The notes beneath the pieces are model-generated. The model saw only the letters and a program-made list of their open reading frames with translations. It searched no databases and was not told the DNA's origin. From assembly GCA_965261005.1 (NCBI GenBank), contig OZ253375.1, positions 1,536,001 through 1,600,000 on the forward strand: a stretch of 64,000 bases of DNA, given 5' to 3'. The position numbers and the translations under genes were made by a program. The DNA comes from Deinococcus sp. (GTDB taxonomy: Bacteria > Deinococcota > Deinococci > Deinococcales > Deinococcaceae). Positions 46,928 through 56,785 of this stretch are shown piece after piece (the stretch's first letter is position 1; every line of letters starts with the position of its first letter).

Positions 46928-47761
46928 TCACAGCTCGGCCAGCACGCCGCGCAGCAGGCCGGACAACTTACCGGCGCTCTCCCCCGCCACGCGGATCACG
47001 TCCTGCTCGCCGGCGTGCTCGTCACGCTCGGGAATGGCGAGGTCGGTGATGGTGGACAAGCCGACCACCCGCGCGCCCAGGTGGCGCGCCGCCGTCACCT
47101 CGTGGACGGTGCTCATGCCGATGGCGTCCGCGCCCAGCAGCCGGTAAGCGGCCAGCTCGGCGCGGGTGGCGTAGCTGGGGCCGGAGATGCCGACGTAGAC
47201 GCCGTCGCGCAGTTCCTGGTCCTGGGCGCGCGCCACGCGCTTCACCAGATCGCGCAGCCCCGCGTCATACGCCCCGAACAGCACCGGAAAGCGCTCGCCC
47301 CAGCGGTCCTCGTTGGGGCCGGAGAGGATGTTCACGCCCGAGAAGTTTAGAAAGTCGCGGTGCAGCATCAAGTCCCCCGCCGCCCACTCGGCGCGCAGGC
47401 CCCCGGCGGCCGAGGTGATGACGAAGGTGCGCGCCCCCAGCGCGTGGGCGAGGCGCACCGGAAAGACCACGCCGGCGGGCGGGTGCCCCTCGTACAGATG
47501 GGCGCGCCCCTGAAAGGCGATCACCCGCCGCCCGGCCAACTCGCCCAGCAGCAGGCGTCCGGCGTGGCCCGGCGCGGTGGAGGCGGGAAAGTGTGGGATG
47601 TCCCGGTACTCGAAGACGGCCGCGTTCTCGATCTCGTCCGCGAGGCCGCCGAGGCCCGAACCCAGCGTCAAGCTGATGTCGGGCGCCAAGTCGGTTCGGC
47701 CCCGGACGAAGTCGCGCGCCTCCATCACGTCGTCGTACAGGTTGGATTGGCGTTCGGTCAT
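46928..47761 (-). CDS. Purine nucleoside phosphorylase (trimeric type)
   Basis: LGSGLG, GHAG, QGRAHLYEG, GPSY, GMSTVHE. Confidence 0.92.
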   Translation of the reverse strand: MTERQSNLYDDVMEARDFVRGRTDLAPDISLTLGSGLGGLADEIENAAVFEYRDIPHFPASTAPGHAGRLLLGELAGRRVIAFQGRAHLYEGHPPAGVVFPVRLAHALGARTFVITSAAGGLRAEWAAGDLMLHRDFLNFSGVNILSGPNEDRWGERFPVLFGAYDAGLRDLVKRVARAQDQELRDGVYVGISGPSYATRAELAAYRLLGADAIGMSTVHEVTAARHLGARVVGLSTITDLAIPERDEHAGEQDVIRVAGESAGKLSGLLRGVLAEL

Positions 47762-47954
47762 GCGCCCCATTGTGGGGCCGCCGGGCGGGGGGGGCAAGCC
47801 GCGCGCCGCCCCTTCAAACGCCCCTTCACGCTTCTCAGCGGGTTTCTGGGGAGTGTTGTGTGGCGCCGGGCATAAAATGGGCTGCACCGCACGTTTTGGG
47901 CGTTTGGCCGCCGCACGGCCACGCGCCCCACGACATCCGGCATTCTGGAGGCAT

Positions 47955-50504
47955 ATGCACAAACCCCTCGCGTTTTCTTCCGCCACGATTCTGACGGCCT
48001 CCTTGCTGACCCTGCCGCCGGCCCTGGCCCAAAGCGCCGCCCAAAGTGCTGCGGTCCTGGACCAGATTCAGGTGGTCGGGGCCAGCGACCTGCTCGCCAA
48101 CTTTCTCAAGGCGTCCTTGCAAGAGCAGCCCGGCCAAGCGCTGTCGCAGGTGAATCCTAAGGCGGTCGAGCAGGAGGCGCTGGCGACCGGCTTTTTCAAG
48201 ACGGCCACGGCGGAACTGCGCCCTGAGAACGGCCAGCAGGTGCTGGTGGTCACGGTGGTGCCCAACCCGGAAGTCGCGGCCGTCACGGTCACGGGCGCCG
48301 AGTTCGTGCCCGCCGATCAGATCAAGACGTTTTTGTCGGACAACCTCAACATCGCCCCCGGCGCGACCCTCAACACCGCGCGCGTCGAGGACAGCAGGCG
48401 GCAACTCCAGCAAGCCTACCGTCAGGCCGGGCTGCCCTTTTCGCCGGCGGTCAGCGCGCAGATCAGCGAGACCAAGACCGGCGCGACGGTCGCCTACACC
48501 GTCTCCGAAACGGCCCCCGTGAAGCGCGTCGAGGTGACCGGCGCGGGTCAGCTGTCCGCCGACACCATTCGCGCCGCCTTTCAACCCTTGGTAAATGGGG
48601 GCAACTTCAGCGCGCCGCTGTACCAGCAGGCGGTGCAGGCCATCGCCGACGCCTACGGCCAGCAGGGGTTGCGCGGCAGCGTGGACGCCGGGGCCAGCAG
48701 CTTGCAGAACGGCACCCTCAAGGTGGTCGTGCGGGAACTGCGGGTGGGCAGCGTGGACACGGGCGCCCTCGGAAGCGTGAACGTACCCCTCGCCAGCAAA
48801 CCGGGCGAGCTGTTCAAAATTGCCAATGTCAGCGCCGACGTGCGCGCCCTGTCGAACGCCACCGGCAAGGCCGTGGGCACCAACTACCTGAGCGACCCGA
48901 ATGACCCCGCCCGCGTGAACGTCGCCTTTGTGCCGGGGGACCAAGCGACCGGCCCCATCAAGGAGGTGCGCATCGCGGGCGCGACGGTCGTGCCGGTGGC
49001 GGACCTCGCAAAGGCGCTGAAGGAGCGCCTGGGCGACGTGTACACCCCGCAGCTGGCGCAAGAGGACTACCTCAATTTGCAGCAGGTCTACCGCGCGCGC
49101 GGCTTCGAGATCCTGACCACCCCCGACCCGATCAGCTTTCAGGGCGGCGTGCTGACCTTTCACGTGCGCGAGGCGCGGCTGGCCGGCTACCAACTGCGCT
49201 GGCAAGGCGGCCACAACACCTCCGACCGGGTGGTGCTGCGCGAGTTGCCCGACGCGGGCGGCGTCCTCAACACGGGCACGCTGCGTCAAGCGGTCGTCAA
49301 CAGGATCGGCCGCCTGGGCTTCGTGGTCCCCGTGGGCGAACAGTTCGTGCCCGACCCCCAGGACCCGCAGCAAGTCACCTACGTCCTGACCTTGCAGGAG
49401 AAGAGCGGCAACTCGTTTTCGCCTGGCTTTTCCTACGACACGCTGTCCGGCGCCAGCGGCGACGTCTCCTTGTCGGGCAACAACTTGTTCGGCCTGGGGC
49501 ACAGCTACAGCGCCTCGCTGAGCGCCAACCCCAGCACCGTGGGCGAGTACCTGTCGCTGAGCGCCTCGTACACCATCCCGTGGCTGGACTTCGACTTTCT
49601 TGACTTTCGCAGGAACCGCACCTCGCTGAGCCTGAGCGCCTACACCCAGGCCACGCCCAAACTCCCCATCGTGGACCCGGCCACCGGCGGGGCTTCGGGG
49701 CGCACCTACACCACCCGCGCCACCGGCTTCGGCGTCGGGCTGGGCCGCGCGCTCACGCCCACCTTGTCGGCCAGCGTCAACGTCACGACCCAGTACAGCC
49801 ACAGCGCGCTGGAGCCGCTGGCGGTGGACAACCCCACCCTGCCCAGCGACCCCGCCGACCCCAACTCGGCCGAAAACCTGACGCCCAGGCCCGGCCTGAC
49901 CACCGTGTTCGGCGTCGGCCTCGCCTTTGACGACGTCAATTACCCCGACTTCCCGACGTCCGGCCAGCGCGCCACCGCGAACGCCGGCTACGGCTTCGGC
50001 CGCGAGGGCGACACCCCGCTGAGCTGGACGCAATACGACGCGGGCGGCCGTACCTACCTCGGCTTCGGGCAGACCTTGCCGGACGGCAACCGGCAGCAGG
50101 CCGTGGCGGCGCGCGTGAACGCCGGCACCCTGGTCGGCAACGCGCCGGCCAGCCGCTACTTCAACGTGGGCGGCAGCGACCCTTCGGAGCGCTTCACGCT
50201 GCTCGGCTACGACGCCAACCGCTTCAACGGCCCCAACTTCTTCACGTCCAGCGTGGAGTACCGCTACAACTTCAACGTCAATACCAGCTTCTCACAGGGC
50301 TTATACGGCGTCGCCTTTGTGAACGTCGGCGACGCTTGGGGCGCCGTTCCCAACGACTTCGCGATGCACTTCGGCTACGGCGTGGGCGTGCAGGTCAACC
50401 TCGGCATCGGCAGCTTTCTGTTGCCCGCGCTGCGCTTCGACTACGCCTTTAGCCCGGAAAACCCCAGGGGCCGCTTCTTCTTCCGTTTGGGCAACTTCTT
50501 TTAA
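47955..50504 (+). CDS. Omp85/BamA-family outer-membrane protein
   Basis: Signal peptide, POTRA-like repeats, NLFGLG, beta-barrel strands, terminal Phe; GGAGG SD. Confidence 0.85.
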   Translation: MHKPLAFSSATILTASLLTLPPALAQSAAQSAAVLDQIQVVGASDLLANFLKASLQEQPGQALSQVNPKAVEQEALATGFFKTATAELRPENGQQVLVVTVVPNPEVAAVTVTGAEFVPADQIKTFLSDNLNIAPGATLNTARVEDSRRQLQQAYRQAGLPFSPAVSAQISETKTGATVAYTVSETAPVKRVEVTGAGQLSADTIRAAFQPLVNGGNFSAPLYQQAVQAIADAYGQQGLRGSVDAGASSLQNGTLKVVVRELRVGSVDTGALGSVNVPLASKPGELFKIANVSADVRALSNATGKAVGTNYLSDPNDPARVNVAFVPGDQATGPIKEVRIAGATVVPVADLAKALKERLGDVYTPQLAQEDYLNLQQVYRARGFEILTTPDPISFQGGVLTFHVREARLAGYQLRWQGGHNTSDRVVLRELPDAGGVLNTGTLRQAVVNRIGRLGFVVPVGEQFVPDPQDPQQVTYVLTLQEKSGNSFSPGFSYDTLSGASGDVSLSGNNLFGLGHSYSASLSANPSTVGEYLSLSASYTIPWLDFDFLDFRRNRTSLSLSAYTQATPKLPIVDPATGGASGRTYTTRATGFGVGLGRALTPTLSASVNVTTQYSHSALEPLAVDNPTLPSDPADPNSAENLTPRPGLTTVFGVGLAFDDVNYPDFPTSGQRATANAGYGFGREGDTPLSWTQYDAGGRTYLGFGQTLPDGNRQQAVAARVNAGTLVGNAPASRYFNVGGSDPSERFTLLGYDANRFNGPNFFTSSVEYRYNFNVNTSFSQGLYGVAFVNVGDAWGAVPNDFAMHFGYGVGVQVNLGIGSFLLPALRFDYAFSPENPRGRFFFRLGNFF

Positions 50505-50514
50505 GAGCGCAACC

Positions 50515-50551
50515 GGGAAGGGGAAGGGGGGTCGGCGCCCTTTCCCTTCCC
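50515..50551. terminator. Hairpin between convergent genes
   Basis: GGGAAGGGGAAGGG...CCCTTTCCCTTCCC. Confidence 0.55.
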
Positions 50552-50610
50552 TTGAAAAACATAAAGGAGGCGAGGGCGTCGCAGGCGTCGATAATCTGCC
50601 GTGGCCGGCC

Positions 50611-52314
50611 CTACTTCACCAGCACCGGGTACAAGTCCACCGCGTTGCCGGGGCGCACGTCGGTTTTGCTGGCCACGCCAATCTGCACACCGGACTTGCC
50701 CTGAAGGGCGTTGAGAAAGCTGAGCGTCTCGGCCTGACTCAGGCCGCCGTTTTGGATGTTCTCGGGCGGCACGCCGCGCCGCTGAAGGTCAATGACGGCG
50801 TCGGTGACCAGGCCGAGCAGCTGTTCGCGCATCTGGTCAAAGCCGCCGCCCGCGATGCGGCCCGCGCGGATCACCTCATCCCGGCGGTACAGCAGCTTGT
50901 TGGGAAAAGCCTCGGCCATCAAGGTGACGGGAAAGCCCTGCACGGCGTTGGTCTTGGAGCGGAAGACCACCAGCGCCGAGCTGTTCAGGGCGCGCACGTC
51001 GGCGCGCAGCTTTTCCAAGTCCACCTGAGAGATGTCGGCGGGCGGGTTGCCCTTGGCGCCGCGCAGCAGCGCCTTGGCCCGCGCGCCCGCGACCGCGTCC
51101 GGCACGTTGAGCACCGAGGCCACCACCTGGGTGCCGACCAGAGCGCCCTTTTCGTAGAGCAGGTCGCCCGCCTTGGTCGCGCTCAGCTCGGTGGTCACGC
51201 GCGCCACGTCGCCGGCCAGGCGCGCCTTGTCGGCTTGGGCGCTTTGCAGTCCCTGGCGCAGCACGTCGTTTTGCTGCACCAGGGCGTCGCGCACGGCCTG
51301 CTGGGCCTTGGCCTCGCGCTGGGCCTGGTCGCGCTCGCGCCGCAACTGGTCGCGCGCGCCGCTCAGGGTCTGGTTTTGCTGCTTGAGCTGTTGGGCCTGG
51401 GTCTGGAGGCCCTTCAGCTGCGTTTGCAGGGTCTTTTGCTGCGCGAACAAGGTGTCGGCGTCGTTGCGCGCGCTTTGGGCCAGGGCGTCGGCGCTTTGCT
51501 TGGCTTGTTGGGCGGCGGCGGCCTTTTGGCCGAGGTCGGCGCGCACGGCCTCCAGGTCCCTCACCTGCGACGTGAGGGCGGCGAGGCGGGCGCGCGCCCC
51601 CTTGAGGGCGCCCTCGGCGGCGGCGGCCTTGCGCGCCAACTCGTCGCGTCGCGCGTTCAAATCGGTCAGCTTTGCTTGAAGCGCGGCCGTTTCGCGCGCG
51701 GCGGCGTCGCGCTGGGCGAGGGCTTCCTCGCGGGCCTGCTGGCTGGCGCGCGCCGCCCCCGCCGCCTGGTCGCGCTGGGCCACCGCCCGGTCGCGCTGGA
51801 CGCTGGCGGCGTCGCGCGCCAAGAGGGCCGCGTCGCGCGCCCCCGTGCTGACCTGGACCGCCTTTTCGGCGGCGTCGCGCGCCAAGAGGGCCGCGCCCAA
51901 GCCCGCCTCCGCCTCGCCACGCGCCCGCTGCGCCGCGTCGCGCTCCAGCACCGCCCGCTCGCGCTCGCCCTTGAGGGCGTTCGCCTCGCCGCGCGCGCTT
52001 TCCAGCTGAGAGCGGGTCTGCTCGACCGTCCGCTCCAGGGCGGCGCGCTGGCGGTTCAGGTCAATCAATTGAGAACGCAACTGATCGGCCTGGGCGATGT
52101 TGCGCAGCGCTTGGCGGTTGAGCAGCCCGAAGGCGAGCACCGAGAAAAAGCTGATGGCCATGCCCGAGGCGACCGCCACGATCAGGGCGGTCGTCTTGGG
52201 CCGCAGGCCGAACAGCCGCAAATGCCGGCGTCCGGTGCGGCGCGCGATCACGTCCGCCGCGTAGGCCACAAAGCCCGACAGCAGCACCACAAAGGCGAGA
52301 AAAACCAGAAACAC
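50611..52314 (-). CDS. DUF3084-like membrane-anchored coiled-coil protein
   Basis: SGFVAYAAD..ARRTGRRHLRLFGLRPKTTA N-terminus, long heptad region; follows lptB. Confidence 0.8.
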   Translation of the reverse strand: MFLVFLAFVVLLSGFVAYAADVIARRTGRRHLRLFGLRPKTTALIVAVASGMAISFFSVLAFGLLNRQALRNIAQADQLRSQLIDLNRQRAALERTVEQTRSQLESARGEANALKGERERAVLERDAAQRARGEAEAGLGAALLARDAAEKAVQVSTGARDAALLARDAASVQRDRAVAQRDQAAGAARASQQAREEALAQRDAAARETAALQAKLTDLNARRDELARKAAAAEGALKGARARLAALTSQVRDLEAVRADLGQKAAAAQQAKQSADALAQSARNDADTLFAQQKTLQTQLKGLQTQAQQLKQQNQTLSGARDQLRRERDQAQREAKAQQAVRDALVQQNDVLRQGLQSAQADKARLAGDVARVTTELSATKAGDLLYEKGALVGTQVVASVLNVPDAVAGARAKALLRGAKGNPPADISQVDLEKLRADVRALNSSALVVFRSKTNAVQGFPVTLMAEAFPNKLLYRRDEVIRAGRIAGGGFDQMREQLLGLVTDAVIDLQRRGVPPENIQNGGLSQAETLSFLNALQGKSGVQIGVASKTDVRPGNAVDLYPVLVK

Positions 52315-52321
52315 GCGGGAC

Positions 52322-53095
52322 CTACAGCTCGAAGTCTTCGCCCAAGTAGCGCGAGCGCACGTCGGGGTTTTGCCAAAACGCCTCGGGGGTGCCCTCGAAG
52401 GTCACGTGGCCGTCGAACATCAGGTAGACCCGGTCGGCCAGGGCGATGGTCTCGCGCACGTTGTGGTCGGTGATAAAGACGCCCAGGCCGCGCCGCCCGC
52501 GCAACTCCTGAATCAGGCGCTGAATCTCGCGCACGCTCTTGGGGTCCACGCCGGTGAACGGTTCGTCGAGCAGGATGAAGTCGGGATCGGTGGTCAGGGC
52601 GCGCGCGATCTCAAGGCGCCGCCGCTCGCCGCCGGAGAGGGCCACCGCGAGGTTGTTCGCGAGGGCGCTCAGCCCGAACTCTTCGAGCAACTGGTCGGCG
52701 CGCCGCTCCTGCTCGGCCCGGGTGAGGTGCTGGTACTCCAAAATGGCCATCAAATTGTCGCGGGCGGTCATGCGGCGAAAGGCGCTCGGCTCCTGCGGCA
52801 GGTACCCGAGGCCCAGGCGGGCGCGTTTGTGCATAGGCAGCTTGGTCACGTCCGCGCCGGACAGGCGGATTTCCCCCGCGCCCGGGCGCACAAAGCCCAC
52901 CATCATGTAAAAGGTGGTCGTCTTGCCGGCGCCGTTGGGACCCAGCAGCGCGACGATCTCGCCGCGCGCGATGGACAGGTCCACGCCGCGCACCACCGTT
53001 CGGCGGCCGTAGGTCTTGACCAGGCCCCGCGCGTTGAGGGTCGGCGGCGTGGACGGCGTGCTTACCGGGGGCGCGGCGGGGACGGGGACGGTCAT
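52322..53095 (-). CDS. lptB: LptB-type ABC ATPase
   Basis: [57 protein letters not shown]. Confidence 0.92.
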   Translation of the reverse strand: MTVPVPAAPPVSTPSTPPTLNARGLVKTYGRRTVVRGVDLSIARGEIVALLGPNGAGKTTTFYMMVGFVRPGAGEIRLSGADVTKLPMHKRARLGLGYLPQEPSAFRRMTARDNLMAILEYQHLTRAEQERRADQLLEEFGLSALANNLAVALSGGERRRLEIARALTTDPDFILLDEPFTGVDPKSVREIQRLIQELRGRRGLGVFITDHNVRETIALADRVYLMFDGHVTFEGTPEAFWQNPDVRSRYLGEDFEL

Positions 53096-53164
53096 GGTTA
53101 AGAAAACTCTAGCATGGCGGGGTTGGGGCGCTGTGAGCGGCTTTACCGAGAGAAGTTCGGAGAG

Positions 53165-53202
53165 AAAGACGCCGCCGGGCACGTCTGCCCGGCGGCGTCT
53201 TT
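53165..53202 (-). terminator. Perfect 17-bp stem terminator after the dehydrogenase
   Basis: AAAGACGCCGCCGGGCA-CGTC-TGCCCGGCGGCGTCTTT. Confidence 0.8.
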
Positions 53203-53212
53203 TGGGGTCAGC

Positions 53213-54415
53213 TCACATTCCCGGAACCAGCTCCACCTTCATCCAGCCCGGCTGCCGCTCGTCGAAGGCTTTATAGGCCGAAATCACGTCGGACATCTCC
53301 TCCACCTTGGTCAGGATGGCCTCGGGGTCGAGGGTGCCCTGCTGCACCAAGTCGAGCAGCATGGGGATGTACTTGCGGTGGTTGCAGTTGCCCATGTTGA
53401 TGGTGAGGTTCTTGTTCATGGCCGCGCCGATGGGAAAGCTCTGCATGGTGGGCGGGTACACGCCGATGATCGATAAGGTGCCCGCCTTGGCGAGGGCCTG
53501 CACCGCCCACTCCAGCACTTGGCTGGGCGCGTCGCCGGCGTTCCAGGCAGTGCCTTCCGGGGCCACCTGGCCCAGCTCCCGCTGGAAAGCCTGCTCCTCT
53601 TGCTGGGCCTTTTGCGCCGCCGGCCCCGAGTGGGCGTGCTTGGCGTCCACGCCCACGGCGTCAATAACGCGGTCCACGCCGATGCCGCCCGTCAGGCGCT
53701 TCAGGGCCTCGACCGGGTCCTCCTCGTCGAAGTTGATGGTCTCGGCCCCTTGGTAGCGGGCCATGTCCAGGCGCGAGGGAATGCGGTCAATCGCGAAGAC
53801 CCGGCCCGCGTTCATCAGCTTGGCGCTGGTGATGGCGAACTGCCCCACCGGCCCGCAGCCGAAGACCGCCACGGTGTCGCCCGGATCGATCTCGGCCAGG
53901 TCGGCGCCGAAGTAGCCGGTCGGAAAGATGTCCGAGATCAGGATGGCCTGCTGGTCGGTCACGTTGTCCGGAATCTTGACCAGATTGGTCGCCGCGTAGA
54001 GGACCCGCGCCTTTTCGGCCTGAAGCCCTTGAATGGGGCCGCTGTCCTTGGGACCGCCGTAAAAGGCGGTGCCGGCCGAGGGGCCGTTGGGGTTGGCGTT
54101 GTCGCACTGGGCGTAGTAGCCCGCGCGGCAGTACGAGCAGTACCCGCAGCCGATGGTCGAGGGAATCACCACCCGGTCGCCGGGCCGGAAGTTGCGCACG
54201 TCCGCGCCCACCTGCTCGACAATACCCACCGCCTCGTGCCCGATAATGGTTCCCGGCACCATGTCGCTGAAGGTGCCGCGCACGAAGTGAAGGTCGGTGC
54301 CGCAAATGGCGCTCGCCGTGATACGCACGATGGCGTCGGTGGGCTGCTGAATCTGAGGCTCGGGAACGTCGTCCAGGCGAATGTCTCCAATGCCGTGCCA
54401 AACCACTGCTTTCAT
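53213..54415 (-). CDS. Zinc-dependent alcohol dehydrogenase (formaldehyde dehydrogenase-like, YbdR type)
   Basis: ICGTDLH, GHE, CGYCSYC..C, SDIFPTG, GCGPVG. Confidence 0.92.
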   Translation of the reverse strand: MKAVVWHGIGDIRLDDVPEPQIQQPTDAIVRITASAICGTDLHFVRGTFSDMVPGTIIGHEAVGIVEQVGADVRNFRPGDRVVIPSTIGCGYCSYCRAGYYAQCDNANPNGPSAGTAFYGGPKDSGPIQGLQAEKARVLYAATNLVKIPDNVTDQQAILISDIFPTGYFGADLAEIDPGDTVAVFGCGPVGQFAITSAKLMNAGRVFAIDRIPSRLDMARYQGAETINFDEEDPVEALKRLTGGIGVDRVIDAVGVDAKHAHSGPAAQKAQQEEQAFQRELGQVAPEGTAWNAGDAPSQVLEWAVQALAKAGTLSIIGVYPPTMQSFPIGAAMNKNLTINMGNCNHRKYIPMLLDLVQQGTLDPEAILTKVEEMSDVISAYKAFDERQPGWMKVELVPGM

Positions 54416-54517
54416 AACTTCCTCCTGGGCGCATTCCAGCGTTCCAGCATGAGGGGAGCGGGGGCATTTGGGTTGGGCTGAGGTAAAGACCAGAAACGCT
54501 AAACTCGGGGGATGGCG

Positions 54518-54565
54518 AACCCCTCACCCCCGACCCCTCTCCCGCAAGGGGAGAGGGGAGCTTAA
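54518..54565 (+). repeat. Palindromic repeat copy upstream of deoB
   Basis: AACCCCTCACCCCCGACCCCTCTCCCGCAAGGGGAGAGGGGAGCTTAA. Confidence 0.8.
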
Positions 54566-54571
54566 GGACTT

Positions 54572-55723
54572 ATGAAATTTGTCGTCGTTGTGCTCGACTC
54601 GGTGGGCGTGGGGGCGTTGCCGGACGCCGGCCAGTTCGGCGACGCGGGGGCGCACACCCTGAACCACACGCTTAAACAAACGGGCGCAGCGCTGCCCAAC
54701 TTGGCGCGGCTGGGCCTGGGGCGCGTGCCGGGCGTGCAGCTGCCTGTTCCTGAAGTCATTGGCGCTTACGGCCGCATGCGCGAGGTCTCCCCCGGCAAGG
54801 ACACCACCACCGGCCACTGGGAGTTCATGGGCGTGCAAATGGAGTATCCCTTCAAGACGTTTCCGGACGGCTTTCCGCCGGCGGTGATGGAGCGGTTCTC
54901 ACGAGAAATCGGGCGCAGCTACCTGTGCAACAAGCCTTACAGCGGCACCGAGGTGATCAAAGACTACGGCAAGGCCCATTTGGCGAGCGGCGATCCCATC
55001 GTCTATACCAGCGCCGACAGCGTGTTTCAGGTGGCGGCCCATCTGGACGTGGTGCCGATAGAAACGCTGTACGCCTGGTGCCGCGCGGCGCGGGACATCC
55101 TGATGGGCGAGTACGCCGTGGCGCGGGTGATCGCGCGGCCCTTTCGTGGGGCCTACCCGTTTGAGCGGGCGAACGAGCTGAGGCGGGACTTCTCGCTCGC
55201 CCCGCCGAAGAACGTGTTGGACGCTTTAAAGGCGGCCGGCAAAGACGTGATCGGGGTGGGCAAGATTCCCGACATCTACGACCACCGGGGCTTTTCGGAG
55301 GAGATTCACACGGACGACAACGCCGACGGCGTGCAAAAGACGCTCGACCGCCTGAGACAAGACTTCGACGGGCTGCTGATGACCAACCTGGTGGACTTCG
55401 ACGCCAAGTACGGCCACCGCCGCGACCCGGGGGGCTACGCAAAAGCGCTCAAAGCCTTCGACGACCGTTTGCCGGAATTGCTGGCGGCGTTGCCAAAAGG
55501 CGGCGCCCTGATCCTGGTCTCCGACCACGGCAACGACCCCACTTGGCCCGGCAGCGACCACACCAGGGAGTACGGTTTGCTGCTGGCGTGGCGCCCCGGC
55601 ATGGTCGGAGGCAGCGACCTGGGCGAGCGGGCCAGCTTCGCCGACCTGGGCGCGACGGTGGCGCGGGCGCTGGGCGTGACTTGGAACGGGCCGGGCGAGA
55701 GCTTCTGGGAGGCGCTGTTATGA
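54572..55723 (+). CDS. deoB: Phosphopentomutase
   Basis: [50 protein letters not shown]. Confidence 0.95.
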   Translation: MKFVVVVLDSVGVGALPDAGQFGDAGAHTLNHTLKQTGAALPNLARLGLGRVPGVQLPVPEVIGAYGRMREVSPGKDTTTGHWEFMGVQMEYPFKTFPDGFPPAVMERFSREIGRSYLCNKPYSGTEVIKDYGKAHLASGDPIVYTSADSVFQVAAHLDVVPIETLYAWCRAARDILMGEYAVARVIARPFRGAYPFERANELRRDFSLAPPKNVLDALKAAGKDVIGVGKIPDIYDHRGFSEEIHTDDNADGVQKTLDRLRQDFDGLLMTNLVDFDAKYGHRRDPGGYAKALKAFDDRLPELLAALPKGGALILVSDHGNDPTWPGSDHTREYGLLLAWRPGMVGGSDLGERASFADLGATVARALGVTWNGPGESFWEALL

Positions 55724-55736
55724 ACGGAAACCGGGC

Positions 55737-56126
55737 GTGAACGAGACCGACGTCCTCGCCTTTGTGCGCCGCCACCTGGAGGCGGTGTTCGGCCACGATT
55801 GGGAGACGTACCAAGCCACCACCGCCCCCGACTTGACGCTGTACGAGCACTTCGTCACGCCGCACCGCCAGGAGGGGCTGGACTTTCACCGCTTCATGAT
55901 CGAGCACAGCTGGGCCACCGCCGGGCATGACCACCACGTTTCCATTCTGGAGCCGAGGGTGCAGTTCCTGGTGAATGGGGCGGTCGCCGTCGTCAGCTAC
56001 ACGCTGCTGGTCTCGGTGGCCGGCCCGGAGGGCGTCACGCACCGCTCCAGCAACGAGACGCGCGTGCTGGAGCGGCGGGAAGGGAGTTGGCAGGTGGTTC
56101 ACGTTCACAAGAGTCCGGCAGGATGA
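55737..56126 (+). CDS. NTF2-like protein of the CaMKII association (hub) domain type
   Basis: DWETY..EGLDFHRF..ILEPRV..ETRV..WQVVHVHKS. Confidence 0.8.
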   Translation: MNETDVLAFVRRHLEAVFGHDWETYQATTAPDLTLYEHFVTPHRQEGLDFHRFMIEHSWATAGHDHHVSILEPRVQFLVNGAVAVVSYTLLVSVAGPEGVTHRSSNETRVLERREGSWQVVHVHKSPAG

Positions 56127-56767
56127 CGGCGGTTGTACCCTCCAACGGCTTTCAATTGCGCCCCGAGCAGTTCACCCTCGACCTCAGCGTGGGCGGGCGG
56201 GCGGCCGGCGTGATGGCGTGGCAGATCGCCCAGGACAAGCAGCTTTGGACCGTGCGGGTGCAGACCGACTTCGGCGGGGTGCTGCCCGAACTGCGCCGGG
56301 TGCAAGTCTCGCGGATGGACGGCGCCTCGCTGACCAGTTTGGGCTACGCCGAGGGGGACGGCAAGCGCGCCACCTTCGAGACGACCGCCGACCCCCACGC
56401 CGGTCTGCTGACCCTGCGCCAAGGCAAGGACGAGGCCAGCGTGCCGCTGCTCGGGGACGTTCACGACCCCGTCTCCACGCTGTTGTGGCTGCGCGCGTAT
56501 GGCGGCGAGCGGGCCGAGCTGCACCTCGCGAACGGCCACGTCTTCGTGCGCCGCCTGCCCGAAGAGGACCTGGACGGCCCGGGCGCCGACACCTTCGAGC
56601 TGCGGCCCGGCGGCGCCCTGGTGACCATCGAGGACGCGCCAGAACGGCGGCTCTTGCGCCTAACGCAGCCGGCTGACTTCGGTTTGCTGACGGCCGACCT
56701 GCGCGCCGAGGCGCTGGTGCGGGAAAGGGTTCGGCCGAGGCGCCGTGAGGGCAAACGGCGGCGCTAA
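56123..56767 (+). CDS. Hypothetical beta-rich protein
   Basis: ATGA overlap with the upstream gene; protein-like composition; basic tail. Confidence 0.65.
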   Translation: MTAVVPSNGFQLRPEQFTLDLSVGGRAAGVMAWQIAQDKQLWTVRVQTDFGGVLPELRRVQVSRMDGASLTSLGYAEGDGKRATFETTADPHAGLLTLRQGKDEASVPLLGDVHDPVSTLLWLRAYGGERAELHLANGHVFVRRLPEEDLDGPGADTFELRPGGALVTIEDAPERRLLRLTQPADFGLLTADLRAEALVRERVRPRRREGKRRR

Positions 56768-56785
56768 AGCTCTACCATCTCCCCC

